Source: Narcine bancroftii (taxonomy: Eukaryota). Taken from it: a stretch of 64,000 nt of DNA. The stretch spans positions 26,536,001 through 26,600,000 of the forward strand of contig NC_091475.1 of the NCBI RefSeq assembly GCF_036971445.1, written 5' to 3'. The translations under genes and the position numbers were made by a program. Below, piece by piece: positions 1-13,979 of the stretch. The notes under the pieces were generated by a model that was not told the DNA's origin, made no database searches, and saw only the letters and a list, made by a program, of their open reading frames with translations. Position 1 is the first letter of the stretch. Every line of letters begins with the position of its first letter.

Positions 1-640
1 AAGCATCTTAAAAGCATTGATATGCAGAAGGATCTGGGAGTTTAGGTACGTAGCTCATTGAGAGTGGCCTTGCAGGTAGATAGGGTGGTAAAGAAGATGT
101 ATGGTATGCTTATCTTCATTGAGTACAAAAGTAAAGAAGCCACATGACAGCTATAGAAAACTCTGGTTAGGCCACACTTGGAATATTGCATTCAATAATG
201 ATTGACCCATTACAGCAAGGATGTGGAGGCTTAGGAAAGGGTACAAAGTGGTTTACCTGGATGTTGGCTGGCTTAGAGGGTACAAGATTTGGTGACAGAT
301 AGGACAGACTTGGGTTGTTATCTCTGGAGTGTGGGAGGCTGAGGGGGCAACCTGGAGCAGGTTTATAAAATCATGAGGGGCAGTGATAGGGTGGACAGTT
401 TTCCCCCAAGTAAAAGTATCACACACTGGAGGAGATGTGTTTAAGATGATGAGGGGGAGGAAGTTTAATGGCAATGTGCAGGGCAAATATTTTACATAGA
501 GAATGGTAGATGCCTGGAACCAGCTGCCGGAGTAGAGATGGAAGCAGATACAATAGAAAAGTTCCAGGAGCTTCTATATAGACACAAGGGGATGGAGGGA
601 TATCTGTCAAGTGCAAGCAACAGTTTTAGTTTGGATATTA
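1..640 (+). mobile_element. CR1 LINE 3' fragment (decayed ORF2 C-terminus)
   Basis: DLGV..SSL.VA.QVDRVVKK.YGML and LVRPHLEYC motifs, with stops and frameshifts. Confidence 0.85.
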
Positions 641-1508
641 ACTGCCGTAATCAAAAACAAGTCAAACAAATGGAGAAAAACAAATCCTCCGATGTTTCGT
701 GCTCCAATACATTAATATAAAATTATGAGAGGCATATCTAGGGTAGTCTTTCTCTCTCCCCCCCCCACCCAATGTTAAAACATCAAACACCAGAAGGCAT
801 GAATACAAGGTGAAAAGGATTGAAGGAGATGTTTACAGCCTTTTTACATAAAAGGCAAATTATTCTGCTTAAGAAAACCAGAAAAACCTGAAGTTGTTGG
901 AAATCTGAAATAAAAGCAGAAACTGCTGGAAACCTTGCGAATTTTTATTGATATTCATATCATGAATATATCACTTAGGCACGTAGAATAAATTGTGCTT
1001 TGGTTCTACAATTATACCGTGTATTGCAAAGACTGATGATGAATTAGCTGCCACATTTTTGAGGTGAGATGTTGCTGTGACACCTTCACAACACTAAAGC
1101 ACCATGGGAATGGATTCTGCAGTTCAATGTGTAATGTTTTCAGGAAGGTAGTATCACTAAACAAATGATTTTAACACCAAGATCACCAGTGGAACTTTTA
1201 ACATCCTTCGACTTCATTTTTTTCTCCAGGAGAAAAGAACTTTTATTCTGGCAAGGACCAAAAGTTACATAACTTATTTTTTACATAGCTAAAAAATGCA
1301 CACACTTATTTGAATGTACCATCTGGTGGGAAAAACTGTTATTAAATCAACCTGCAAAAAACTGTAGATTATTTGCACTGTTGATTGTAATCATCTCAAG
1401 TTCCACTGAAGATCAAATCTCAGCTTTTAAATTAATCAAACTGCACTTTGTATAATGGTCCAAAGACCAAGTATTTGGCTGAGGTTTGCATTATTACTCC
1501 AATGTTTG

Positions 1509-1735
1509 GGCGGCACAGTTAGCGTAACGTTATTAACACTGCCAGTAACTGGGATTTGAATCCGGCACTGTTTGTAGGTTTGTACATTCTCCTTGTGTCT
1601 GTGTGGGCTTCCTCCATTTTCCTCCTATCCTTCAAAACATATCGAGGTCATAGGTTAATGTGGTGTTTGGGCAGCAGAGGCTTTTCGGCCAGAAGGGCCT
1701 GTTACTTCATGCGCTACATGTCTAACTAAATTAAA
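1509..1735 (+). mobile_element. HE1/V-SINE-type tRNA-derived SINE
   Basis: GGGCGGCAC head, B-box-like gatttgaatcc, V-domain-like gtttgtacattctccttgtgtctgtgtgggcttcctcc, and an AT-rich tail. Confidence 0.75.
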
Positions 1736-3589
1736 ATTATTTCTGAAAGAAGATCAGCTTTAGAATTCAATATATTGTGTCTTTACAAATTCCATCCGCA
1801 TAATAAGTAATCCTAAAACACATTTTTTTTATAAAGTGCAGACACGACTGACAAGTATTAATATGAGCATTCTTAAGAACATTACAGGAGGTGAATGTGG
1901 CTGTTCTGCAATTCAATAAGATCTTTACTGATTTTCTCCTTCAACATTTTCCTGACCTATTCCCACAGCCTTTCCAATAAATTGAAATTAGAATAATGCC
2001 AACTTTGTGTTAAAGCACCGTTTGTTATGGAGTGTATTCCCAACAACCCCCTCCCCCACCCCCAACCACCACATAAGTTCTTACACCTGTGTCAAACTGC
2101 ATAGAAAAAGAATGAATAAACTTGGTGTTAGAGGCCCAAAAGCAGGTTTTCAGCCCATCGAATGCCACATGATCAACATTAGCACGGTTATAAAGAAATA
2201 TGTCACATCAGAAACATTAACATGGTTCTAAAATGGTCAGGGGAACAATCATGTAGGTCTCACAGAATTATTTTAAACTACACTTACATTATCCTGACTC
2301 CACTGGCTGAGTTCCGCCAGCATGTTGGTATGTTTTTACTACAATCACAGCATCTGCAGACTTTTGTGTTTCACTCGTGGTAAATCTTTATTCATGCCAT
2401 CAAAATTTTATTTAACAAAAATCTCCATTAGTTTTTCATTATCTCAAATCTCTCCACATTACCAGAGACAGATACTGCAGTGGTGCACTGGTAAAGCCAT
2501 GTGGTCTGGGTCTATGGATTTAACGCCCTTTCTTTAGTCCTAGACTCTACGTTGTTACTGGTGAAACACAAAACATGGTTGGCCTTTCTTTTGCTTTCTC
2601 CAACTTCCTTGCATTTGTGTCCCTGTCCATCATACCGTACTATCTTTTTGTTTCTGTTTTGACTCCCGTCCATTTTCCCCCTCACAATATGTATCACCTT
2701 GCAATGAGGCACTTTACATTTTATCCTCCACCTTCCAGATCGATCTAATAATCTGCTATTATCTACCAGAAATTGATTTCCCATGATTCTCCTTGCTATT
2801 GCCAAAGCCCACATTTATATCAAAATTCAAGAGAGTACTTGATAGATTATGTGGACTGTGATGTAACAGAACAAATAACAAAATTTCATCTCAGGTTTAT
2901 ATTGGACCTTCAAACTGATCAATACTAAATGTTTCTCTACTCTTTATATTTTGGCAGATAGCCAGTTTGCATTCCATTATGAGAAAACAAGTTTTTAAAT
3001 ATTTGAATGGTTCTTTTATATCAATAGTCAAATTAAAGAGCTGACCCCACTGGCTATTTTTTAAAATAAATACCATCACTTTACCAATTGGAGGCACGTG
3101 CATTTAGACTAGAGTAGTACGTTTGAAATACTCCTGTCTTCATAGGAATAAACTAACCGTTCATAGAACCTTGAACATAGAGAACAGCCACTTCTACTTC
3201 AGTAAAATATTGTTGAAGCAGTGTTTTCAGATGGTTCTTCATTATCCTCTTTTGTCCACTACATTTCTAGAGAATTCATACAGCTCAGGTGTCTTTTCTC
3301 TTGTAAAATTCCATTTGAGAATGAGTTACTTCATAATAAACCAAGACCTTTATTAAAAGTGCCATGATAGCATCTTTAATACAGCATTAACCTTTAGCAG
3401 GTCACAGGTCTTGATTTTTTTTTTGCTGCTGATGAAGTGCCAGGAAGGAATAGGTCACAAAGCTGGGAATCACAGGTACATCTACAAATAATGTCTGACT
3501 GTACATTCAATGCAGTCACCCTGCGGCAAGAGGTGGAAATTGTGAGCAAACTGAGCAGAATTGGAGAAAACATTATTTAATTGTAATTT

Positions 3590-4240
3590 TACTGCAAAAT
3601 TGCTGTTATTGGAATAAAGCCCTGGTATCCTGCCCTGTGAGGATTGATAGATGCTGGATAAAAGAGTTTTCTGGTTGCTTGAGATTCACTCTCACTAATT
3701 TTTTTTACGAATAAACACCTTAAAAGACAAAACTACTATACTGTACTTACACTGAACAAACTTCACTTGCATGAATATATAAACCTTAAAGAATTTTACT
3801 TTATTTTCAGTACATTCTTTGAAAACATTTAAACATCTCCATGGAGCTGCCCAAAAAATGAAAAATTACATTATGTATAACTAACCATCCCTCCCACAAG
3901 TTTACAGATAAAGCCTTAACAATATACTAAGCAGGAGGCAAGCCTCTTACTAAGTCTTATGTGACCAATGGTGATCGGCATCAACCAGCTCTTCATCCTG
4001 CGCGACACCATTTTATTCAAGCAGCTGCTATGAGCAAAGTACAACAAAGGCACTCCGCTGGCTACCATTTTCACCAAAGATCTTCGTGTCACTTCAGAGA
4101 ACCTTTACTTCTACAATTTAAAATTTTTATTTAAATTTTTTATACATTCCTTTTTATCTGTTTCTTTATTTTCCCTCGACTTCTTTTCTGGTTGCTTGAG
4201 GTTGAAGTTGCTTGAATTCTCGATAACTTTAACTATAATC
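3590..4240. mobile_element. Decayed Tc1/mariner (Tigger/pogo-like) element related to the MITEs at 13759 and 20406
   Basis: Shares the ctggttgcttgag, ttgcttgaattc and gattgatagatgctggata blocks with those copies. Confidence 0.5.
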
Positions 4241-4339
4241 AGTTTCATGTCTTTTCATCAGAGTTGAGAATAATTATACATTTTTTAGTATGCATCCTAT
4301 GTCATATTTTCAACATTGAACGGCAAACCTGAATATTGA

Positions 4340-5250
4340 AAGAAATGAATTGTTCATTGTCATGTATTGAGATACAGTTCAAAGCTTCATTTGTGTGCTC
4401 TCCAGAAACCAACTAACACGGCAGGTAGAGCAATGATAATAAATCAACAAACAAAGGTGTAAGTTGTACAAAGTGTAGAGGGAAGAAAAGAAATGTGTAA
4501 CAGATTAGCAAGAAAACTACAGTTAAAAACCGTGCAAAAGGGGATCGTCTCCATTGGAGATTCTGAGAGCAGCATGGCCTTGAATCTGGAGGCTCGTGTT
4601 AAGCCCTTTTCCTGCCTGATGGAAAGCGGGAGAATAGGTGGCATGATCCCTTTAATATGTGGGCAATTCACTGAGTCACGGGAGGAGTCAGCAGGAGCTA
4701 ACGAAGGGGTCAGTGGGAGGGAGCTTGCTTTGCATGATGGCCTGAGCTGTGTTTATAACTCTGCAGTTTTTTTTGCAGGTCTTGGGCAGAGCAATTTCTG
4801 TACTAAGCTGCGATGTGTCTGGATAGGAAATTTTCTTTGATCTAACTGTAAAAGTTGGGAAAAGACACCAGGAACTTGACAAATTTCTTTAGGCTTCTAA
4901 GAAAATAGAGTCCTTGATGCACTTTCTTGGATGTAACGTCATCGTGGCGAGACCAGGAGAGGGTGTTGGTGATGTATCTCAGCACCATTGACAAATATAC
5001 AGCTCCTTCATTTTGCAATATTGAGGGAAAGATTATTAACCAGGTGCCATGCCATTAAAGGCTCTACCTCCTTCCTATACTATCTCTTCATTGTTTGTGA
5101 TCAGGCCTGTGATGATGGGGTCAGCTGGAAACTCGGTGATGGAGTCAGAGCAGCGTTGGGCCACAGAGTCCAGGGTGAATAGGGAATAGAGTAAGGGGAC
5201 AAGTTAGGAGCCTTGCTGAGTGCTGATGTTAAGGATTACTGTAGAGGAGC
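4340..5250 (-). mobile_element. Rex1/Babar-type LINE fragment
   Basis: The reverse strand gives remnants of the KFADD..GLITNN.E..YRKEVE..NNLSLN region of the RT. Confidence 0.7.
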
Positions 5251-6525
5251 TTGAGATTGCGTGTGGCGTGACTGGCCAATTAACGGTGAGGCACACCAAT
5301 TTTAAGCTTCTGAACTTTTTACCTATTTATTTTCTGCAATTTTTTTGCCAGTTGCTTGAGGCTGTTGATTGCTTGAATCCCAGACAAAAAGATTGTTAAT
5401 AATTCAAAATTCAGCAAATTCACAAATTGAATTTAAATAGGTATAGACTAAATATCTCAATAAATGACACCACAGCAATTTGCATCTATATAGAGCTTTC
5501 AACATTGTAAAATACCCTAAAAATGTTTTGCAGGCAGCGAATGAGAACTGTGTGAGCCAGAGTAGGAGAACCTGTGGGATTCTCCACTTAAAGATCAAAG
5601 AGCCAGTTAAGTTGCCACAAGAATGCATCTTTCACAACATTTGGATGAGCCCAACAATGCTCACGTTGTGCTCCCAATGTTGCTGTCAGATTCATTCTGA
5701 GATCAGACAGCCAATACATTTTGCTGTTGTGCCAATTATTCAGTCCACAACGACATATTCCTTTTGGATAGGTCCCTGTTTCATAAAAAGGCAAAATCTA
5801 TAACATTATTCCTCTGGTTTTCATAATTATGGTGAAAGTAATAGAAACATTTCACTTGTCTATTACTGTACTGCATTGAAATTGAAGACTGCACCATAAT
5901 GTATCCTAAGATGATCCTTGGATACTGCTGGGAAGTTCCACTCATTCAATTACAGGGCACAGGTGCTTCAAACAAGAGTGTTTATTTTACTCTCAGCAAG
6001 ATACACACTACAAGGTGATGCTTTCAATATCAATGTCATTACTTCTTCTGACTATTTGAATTATTTATGCATATTTGCAGAAATACACCATGAATATGTG
6101 TGGTGTCAATGTAACAAAGAATATCTCTCATGTGAGGTGTATATCACTTACAAGTATGAGCAGATTATGATGCTATCTTTGGTCATACCAAGTCCAGAAG
6201 AACAAGTCAACCTGTAAGTGTCATCTCCACTTACATTACATGTCCTGTTAATGATTATTAGTTGCCTTTGTAACCTTGCACATGTTCCCTCACACTTCCT
6301 TAAAATGCTCTTATTTCAAACTTCAAAGTCTTTCTTAGTGGCCCAATCTTTTTTTGAATCATGTATATTAAAGTAGCATTTTACATCCCAGTGTCTAGTT
6401 GAAGAAAATGAAAGAATCACCTTTCTCAGGATTTCCATCAATGAGTAATATATTTATGTACTGCTCCCATTGTCAAAAATCAGCTTTTAATTCCTTTTTA
6501 AACAAGATATAGTGGCTAGGTTTTT

Positions 6526-6900
6526 CAGTGGTTCTCAACCTTTTTCTTTCCTCACATACCACTTTTTAAGTATTCCTTATGTCATAGGTGCTTAATGATT
6601 AGTAAGGGACTACTTAAGGTGGTATGTGGGTGGAAAGAAAAAGTTTGAAAACCACTGTTTTAATTGTACCTAATTGACTCGTTATGTGCACTGTTTCATA
6701 ACTCCAAAGAAAATAGGCCAATGACAATTTTTCTCAAGCAAAATATTTCAGTAGCAATTGGGATTACAGCAATGGTTCTCAACCTCCCCTTCCCACTCAC
6801 ATACCACCTTAAGCAATCCCTTACTAATCACAGGGCACCAATGCCAGAGGGATTATTTAAAGTGGTATGTGAGTGGAAAGAAAAAGGTTGAGAACCACTG
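6526..6900. mobile_element. hAT (Charlie-like) MITE built from two palindromic units
   Basis: Perfect 15-bp TIR CAGTGGTTCTCAACC...GGTTGAGAACCACTG, with internal near-copies of both TIRs at ~6643-6657 and ~6770-6784. No clear 8-bp TSD. Confidence 0.8.
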
Positions 6901-8939
6901 GTCTATACACATCAGGGATAGAAGTGAATGGAAATTGGATTGCTGGAAGTATTCTTTCCTTTTTTTTCCACAGATCCATCGGGATTAAGAATTATTTGCT
7001 TCTCTCAGTTTTGTGGTGACTTTCTACAGTTGGGTCAGATGGTGGCCATTGGGAGTGTGTGGGCAGTTTGAGAGATATGGCAATCCTGCCATTTATACTA
7101 CATTTGTGTCTACTTTCAATTTTTGGACTCCCAAGTTCTTGGTGTTATTTAGACTGCCCCCTTTCTATTTTGACAGGTGGTATACCAGGGAATCCCCAGA
7201 TGTCACTGGAGATATTTTCCATGGAGACTGAAAGCAAACATTAATTACATTTCCAAAAGAAAACTATATGTTGGACAAGGTGAGGCGCAGACATAGTGAA
7301 ACCACTGATCCTCTATTGATGATTTCTGATGTATGTTAACACAGGGTTTTTCTGTGGTTGCTCAGGCATGGCTGCATGATGTCATTATTTGTATGTATTT
7401 ACAGAGCAAGGAGCAGCTGGTTTCATTGTGGAACCTGACTCAACAAATGTACTGAAGCGCATGCATCAACAAGTTGAGCGGTGAGTGCAGGCTACTTTGT
7501 CATTGTTAGGAAATCATGATTCAAGAGGGTGGAAGAATCTCAGACAATTTACAGCATTGAGATAGATTTAACAATCAAAGTATCACACATATTAATCATG
7601 TCTTATTCAGAAAAAAAATAACATTTAAGGACTCACATTTTTAACCTGTAACTATGCTGACATGGCAAGAGCGAAGAAATGGATTAGAAGGTAACCCAGG
7701 ACCTTGTTGAATCTGGTACTTCTCAGAGAAGAGAAATTCACATTACTTGAACCTGAGATGGTCAAATAGTCGACCCAAAATGGCATCAAAGCACTTTTTG
7801 TGATGTCAGTGGTTTCAATTTTCAAGTTCGTTTCCTTTCAGATAAAATTATATTCAGAAAAAAAGTTTGTATTTTTAAGATCTAGTAGTTCTGTTACACT
7901 GCACTGTTTTTACCCCACTCTGAGTGAACAAGAATTCATTTGTGACTTTCCAGATACATTTAACCATTCCACAATTTTGACCAAGCACTTCAGCTCATAA
8001 TTTACAATTGTGCTAATAATATGATATCCAAGTCAGAGATGCACAAAATGGTGTAATAATTCAATGTGCATGGAATGACATCGTTCCCCATGTAACATAC
8101 CTGGAGATTAGATCATGGTCGTGTGAGGTGCATCTATTATTCGGAACAGTTTTTGATAGTGAGTGCAACAATTTCACATTTTCCCTTTTTATCCCCATCA
8201 AAGTGCTTTGGTTTCAATTTGTCTAACTGTAATTTTGTTTAAATTGCTATCTTCTTAAAATAATTGTTACCTTAAACATTTAGTCTGCTCCTTATCCCTG
8301 ACAATCTCTCAGTTCTCTGTACATCTTCCCCCCACCCCCACCATTTCCAGTTCTGGTGAACATACTGGCTCTGTTTCCCTCCCTCCCTCTCCCTGGTGCT
8401 GCCTGACGTGCTGAGATATTCCAGATTTCCAACATCTGTACTTTATAGCTCTAGCTTTTTTAAAATCATAATTTCTCATACTGCAGTAGAATGTAACGGC
8501 GCCTCCAAGTAACAGGGAAATTGATACAAGTAAGCCCTCTTCAAATCTAATAAGTTGTTGATACCTTTTGGTTCAAAACCCAAAAACATCCATCCTGCTC
8601 CTTTGTAGCAACCAACGACCACCAAAATGCAACAGGACACCTCCTCTCACCATCACCTCTCCCCAACTAGGCGTCAATTTGTCAACCCCGCCCATGTTCA
8701 GATGGACATCACTACTCTCTCTACTTTGAGCCACCTGCTATGTCTTCAAACATTTCCAACATGCACCACCATCCCTACTCTCCCAGATGTGACTGGACTT
8801 CCAACTCCCATTTGCCAGTGCTCTTCTCCAATTTCTTCAATTGATTTTCTTCAATCAATCACTTTACATCGGCAGGCAGCCTGCGGGAAAGTACGTATCA
8901 GGCATTCAGTAGCACATGATGCTTTGAGATCCACCTGAT

Positions 8940-10140
8940 TTCACTGGTTCTCCACAAAACCCTGGAACACCTGGACAGAAAAGATGCTTACATCAGGAGA
9001 CTCTTTACTTACCACAGTTCAGCATTTAACACCATCATCCTCTCAAAACTGATCAGCAAACTCCAAGATCTGAGACTCAACACCCCACTGTGTAATTGGA
9101 TCATGGATTTCCTTACCTCCAGACCACAATAAGTAAGGATTGGTAAGAACATCTCCTCCTCAATCTCCATCAGTACCAGAGCACCACAGGATTCCATGCT
9201 TAGCCCCCTGCTCTACTCGCTTAACATCTATGACCGTGTAATTCGGTACGACAACAACATCATCTACAAATTCGCTGATGATATCATGGTAGTGGGTTGT
9301 ATAAAGGAAGGGGATGAGTCAGCATATAGAAGGGAGATTGAAAACATGGCTGAATGGTGCACCAGCAACAACTTCACACTCAATGTCACCAACACCAAGG
9401 AGCTGATTGTTGACTTAAGGAAGGGAAAACCAGATAGGTACAATCCAGTGATAATTGAAGGATCAGACATGCAGGAGGTGAGCAAATGAAGTTCTTGGGA
9501 GTCACTATCTCGGAGGATCTTTCCTGGACCCAACACACTAATGGCATCGTGAAGAAAGCATACTACTGCCTCTAATTCCTCGGGAGTTTGCTAAAGTTTT
9601 GTATGACATCGGAAACCTTGGCATATTTCTACAGATATGTGGAGGAAATTGTGATAATCGGCTGCAGCACAAAAACTTCACAACATAAAGGCCTGCAAAA
9701 TGTAGTGGAGACAGCAAAATCCTCCCCACCATCGAGAACATCTACAGGGAATGCTGCCGTCGGAGAGCAGCATCAATCATCAAGGATCCACACCACCCAA
9801 CACACACTACACTGTTCTCTCTGCTACCATCAGGGAAGAGGTATAGGTGCCACAAGACCCACACCACCAGGTTCAGGAACAGCTGCTACCCCTCCACCAT
9901 CAGACCCCTCAACAACAAACTCAATCAGGGACTTATTTAAGGACAGTTACTTTTGCACTTTATTGTTTTATTTCTTCTCTGTATACAGTTAGTTTGTTTA
10001 CATTTCGTTATTGGTTTACAATTGTGTATAGTTTTTTTTGCATACCAATGAATGGTAATTCTGCTGGGCCTTCAGGAAAAAGAATCTCAGGGTTATATGT
10101 AATGTCATGTATGTACCTTGACAATAAATCTGAAATCTGC
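8940..10140 (+). mobile_element. Rex1/Babar-type LINE, 5'-truncated, with 3' tail
   Basis: SAFNTI, LSPLLYSL, IYKFADD and TKELIVD motifs. The 3' tail aaagaatctcagggtt...gacaataaatctg recurs elsewhere in the window. Confidence 0.9.
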
Positions 10141-10379
10141 AGTGGGCCCATTGTAAAAGTGGACCTCATGGTGCTGCAGGACACCCTTCAGGGACCAAGC
10201 TTTTAATCAAATATCTGAAATAATGTTTGCACAACTGAACATTTCCTGCTCTCATTTCAAATTTCTGCCATCTTGTTTTCCTGTTCATTTACATGTTGCC
10301 CATTGCCAAGGAACAGATTCTTAAAATGCATGCCATCACTTAACTGCTTTCTCTCTTTTACCTACCTGTGAATAGAATC

Positions 10380-13300
10380 TAGGGGGTGGGGACTATCATC
10401 CAGCTGACTGATTCTGCCACATCTTTCAATGGTATTTCAGAGGAGTAAAGGTTGTGGCACGAGACAGGAACTGGCCAAAGTAGACTGGAAGGGAGCACTA
10501 GTAGGGAAGACGGCAGAGCAAAAAAATGGGAGGTTTCTCCAAGAAATGAGGAAGGTGCAGGATAAATGCATACCAAGAAAGAGGAAATATTTAAATGGAA
10601 AAATGTCACAACTGTGGATGACAAGTGAAGTTAAAGCCAACGTAAAAACAAAAGAGGGCATACAAGAAACAAAAATTAGTGGGAAGATGGAAAATTGGGA
10701 AGTTTTTAAAAAAATACTTGCAGAAGGTAACAAAAAAAACTCACAAGGAGAGAAAAGATGAAGTAAGAAAATAGGCTACCAAATAATATCAGAGGATACC
10801 AAAAGCTTCTTCAAGTATAGAAAGAGTAAAAGAGAAGTGAGAGTAGATACAAGATCACTGGAAAATTATGCTGAAGAAATAATAATAGGAGACAAGGAGA
10901 TGACAGAGGAACTAAAAGAGTATTTTGCATTAGTTTTCACTGGAATGACAATAGAAGTGTGACAGATATTCAAGATTATCAGGGAAGGGAAGTGAGTGCA
11001 GTTATTATTTCAAGGGAGAAGGTGCTTAGAAAGCTGAATGGTGTAAGGCTGGATAATTCTTCCAGACCAAATGGATTGCACCCTTAGATTCTGAAAGAAG
11101 TAGTGGTAGAGATTGTCGAGGCATTGGTAATGATACTTCAGGAATCAATAGATTCTGATATGGTCCCAGAGGTCTGGAGAAATCGCAAATATCATCTCGC
11201 TATTCAGGAAGGAAGCCAGCAGAAAAGAAATTATAGACCAGTTAGTGGCTAACTGTTAGCCTGACATCAGTGATTGGGAAGATGTTGGAGTCAATTGTCA
11301 AGGATGAGGTCACAGTGTACTTGGAGGCAAATGACAGGATAGACCAAAGTCAGCATGGTTTCCTTCAGTGGAAATCTTGCTTGACAAACCTATTGGAATT
11401 TTTTGAAGAAGTGACAAGCAGGCTAGTTGTGCATTTGGATTTTCAGAAGGCCTTTGGTAAGGTGCCGGATACAAGGATCATTAACAAAATTAGAGCCCAT
11501 GTGGTAACAGGAAACATACCAGCATGAGTAGAGCTTTGGCTGATTGGTAGTCAGAATGCAGAGAACATATCCTGATTGGCTGCCAATTGCTAGTGGTGTT
11601 CCATAGGGGTCCGTTTTGGGGCTGCTTCTTTTAATGTTGTGTATTAGTGATTTAGATTATGGAAGAATGGCTTTGTGGCCAAGTTTGCAGAAGATATGAA
11701 GGGAGCAGGTAGTATTGAGGAAACAGGAAGGATGCAGAAAAGCTTATATTAGGAAAATGGGCAGAGAAGTTGAAAATGAAATACAATGTTGGAAAGTGAA
11801 ATGTAATGCATTTGGTAGAAAAAATAAGTGGCAGACTATTTTCTAAATGGGGCTAAATTTGAAAATATCCAGATACACGGAGTCCTCGTGCAGAATAGCC
11901 TGAAGGTAAACTTGTATGTTGAGTGGGTGGTGAAAAGGCAAATGCAATGTTGGCATTCATTTCAAGAGGAATAGAATACAAAATCAGAGATATGACGTTG
12001 AAGCTTTATACAACACTGGTAAGAACTCACTTGGAGTATTGTGAGCAGTTTGGGCTCCTCACTGAAGAAGGGATGTGTTGACGTTGGAGAGGGTTTAGAG
12101 GAGATTCACAAGAATTATTCCAGGAATGAAAGGGTTATCATATGAGGAGCTTTTGACAGCTCTTGGCCTGTACTCATTGGAATTTAGGAGAATGAGGGGG
12201 GAATCTCATTGAAACATTTCGAATGTTAAAAGGCATGAACAGAATCTATGTAGAAATGTTGTTTCTAAGGGTAGGAGAGTCTAGGACAGGGGTGTCAAAC
12301 TCAAATTCACGGAGGGCCAAAATTAAAAACTTGGACTAAGTCGAGGGCCGAACTAAATATTTATTGAAAATTTTCAACAACATCTGCATGTTTTCTCTTC
12401 TTTCAACATATGTAATGTTAAACTTTAGGATATAACTTTAGGAGGATAATGTTACAGGTCAGGAGTAGGTAGCTCAAGTTCACCCTTTGCTTGACCTGAG
12501 GGAAACATATTTGGTCCCTGTGGAGATGTAGTCAGCATTCACAGGCTGTGTCCATTTTGGCCTGCATCAGGACTCAGCATTTCCTGCTCACTCCTCAGGC
12601 TCTAGGCCTCTATTCACCCTCGACCCACCATCCCTCTACCTGACCAGTCCTTTACCCAACCTCTACTCACCCCTCACTCTGCCTCTACCCACCCCATCCT
12701 ATACACGCCCCTCTACTGCCTCTCCCCTCAACCTGTTCCTCCTTCTACCCGTCTCTCACCCTCTAATTACCCCTCCCCTTTTACCTCTTCCCTATCCACC
12801 CCTCCTTCTACTCATCCCTCCCTCTAACTGCCCCTTGCACCACCATAACTTCCCCTGCCCATTACTCCTCATCTACACCCTCTGCCCACCCCTGCTTACT
12901 CACCCACTCAGGCCCAGCGCGCTGCCGATCAGCCTTTGCGGACAGCCACCATCTCTTCATGTGCAGGGCCGAACCAGCCGACCCCGGGTTCCGTGCAGGT
13001 GCAACGGTGAAGGCCGTGGCGACCGGGAGAAGTGCGCTCGCACTGTGGAAGGGCCGTCCGGTGCCAGTCGCGCGGGGCTCGCGCTGCCCGGGGGCCGTGC
13101 GCAGCCTGCCATGTCCGTCGCGCCGACAGGAAATCACAGGCGCTCGCCCATCCGCTGCACCGCTCGACAGGTGGGAGAAGTGACTGGTTGTGCGGGGAGC
13201 CTTCCAACCGGCTTGCCGGCTGATGACATCGACAGACTTCTCGTGTTACAATTTCTCGTGTTACAATGGGGAAGGATGTGCAATGAAGGGGGAGGATGGT

Positions 13301-13605
13301 GGGGGTGACATTACCAAAAAACAGCATACATTTTTGAAATGATCTTGCGGGCCAGAGTTTGACATGTGTGGTCTAGGACAAGAGGGCACAAATTCAGGAT
13401 TGAAGGGCATCCACTTAGAAATGAGATGTAGAGGAATGTCTTTAGCCAGAGGGTGGTAAATCTACGGAATTGTTGCCACAGGTAGTTATGGAGGCCAAGT
13501 CATTGAGTGTATTTAAGTCAGATTGAGAGGTCCTTGATCAACTCATGATTAGATGATGAGGCAGACGTGATGGGATGAATAGCTTATTTCAACTTCTATG
13601 TCTTA
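10380..13605 (+). mobile_element. CR1 LINE ORF2 remnant (RT to 3' end), interrupted by a hAT element
   Basis: NYRPV, GKMLESIVKD, SQHGF..KSCLTNLLEFFEEV, LDFQKAF and HLEYC motifs. The sequence resumes after the insertion at 13371. Confidence 0.9.
12287..13370. mobile_element. Non-autonomous hAT (Charlie-like) transposon with 8-bp TSD
   Basis: GTCTAGGA is duplicated at 12279-12286 and 13371-13378. Imperfect TIRs are CAGGGGTGTCAAACTC and GAGTTTGACATGTGTG. Confidence 0.9.
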
Positions 13606-13758
13606 TGGCTGGGTTGGTCAGCTTCATATTCTGCAGAATTCCCATACACGTATGAACTTTAGTCCACAACTTGTTACATTTTCTCCATTCTCATTTTATT
13701 GTTTAGCCTATCCTGGTGAGAACTGTCAGGGCCACAGAGCTATTCCCACCACAATGTA

Positions 13759-13979
13759 CTGTAAAATCCCATTATCCTGATTTCAAGTGGCCAGCAGCCT
13801 CAAGCAACTGGCAAAAAATTATAGTGGAAAATAAATAGGGCAAAAATATGGAAGTTTAAAATTAGCACCCCTCGCGGTTAGTTCACCAATCACGCAAAAC
13901 ACAATCTCAACCAACAGGCAAATACACTTGTCCAGCATCTACCAATCCACATAGGTGCTTGATACTGGAGGTTTTACTG
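13759..13979. mobile_element. Tc1/mariner (Tigger-like) MITE
   Basis: TA-flanked CTGTAAAATCCC...GAGGTTTTACTG termini. It is the reverse complement of the copy at 20406-20626. Confidence 0.75.

Noticed and set aside
12835-13327. Overlapping GC-rich ORFs as a gene or host promoter
   Set aside because: They lie inside a TSD-flanked hAT element, and open frames are expected at this GC content.
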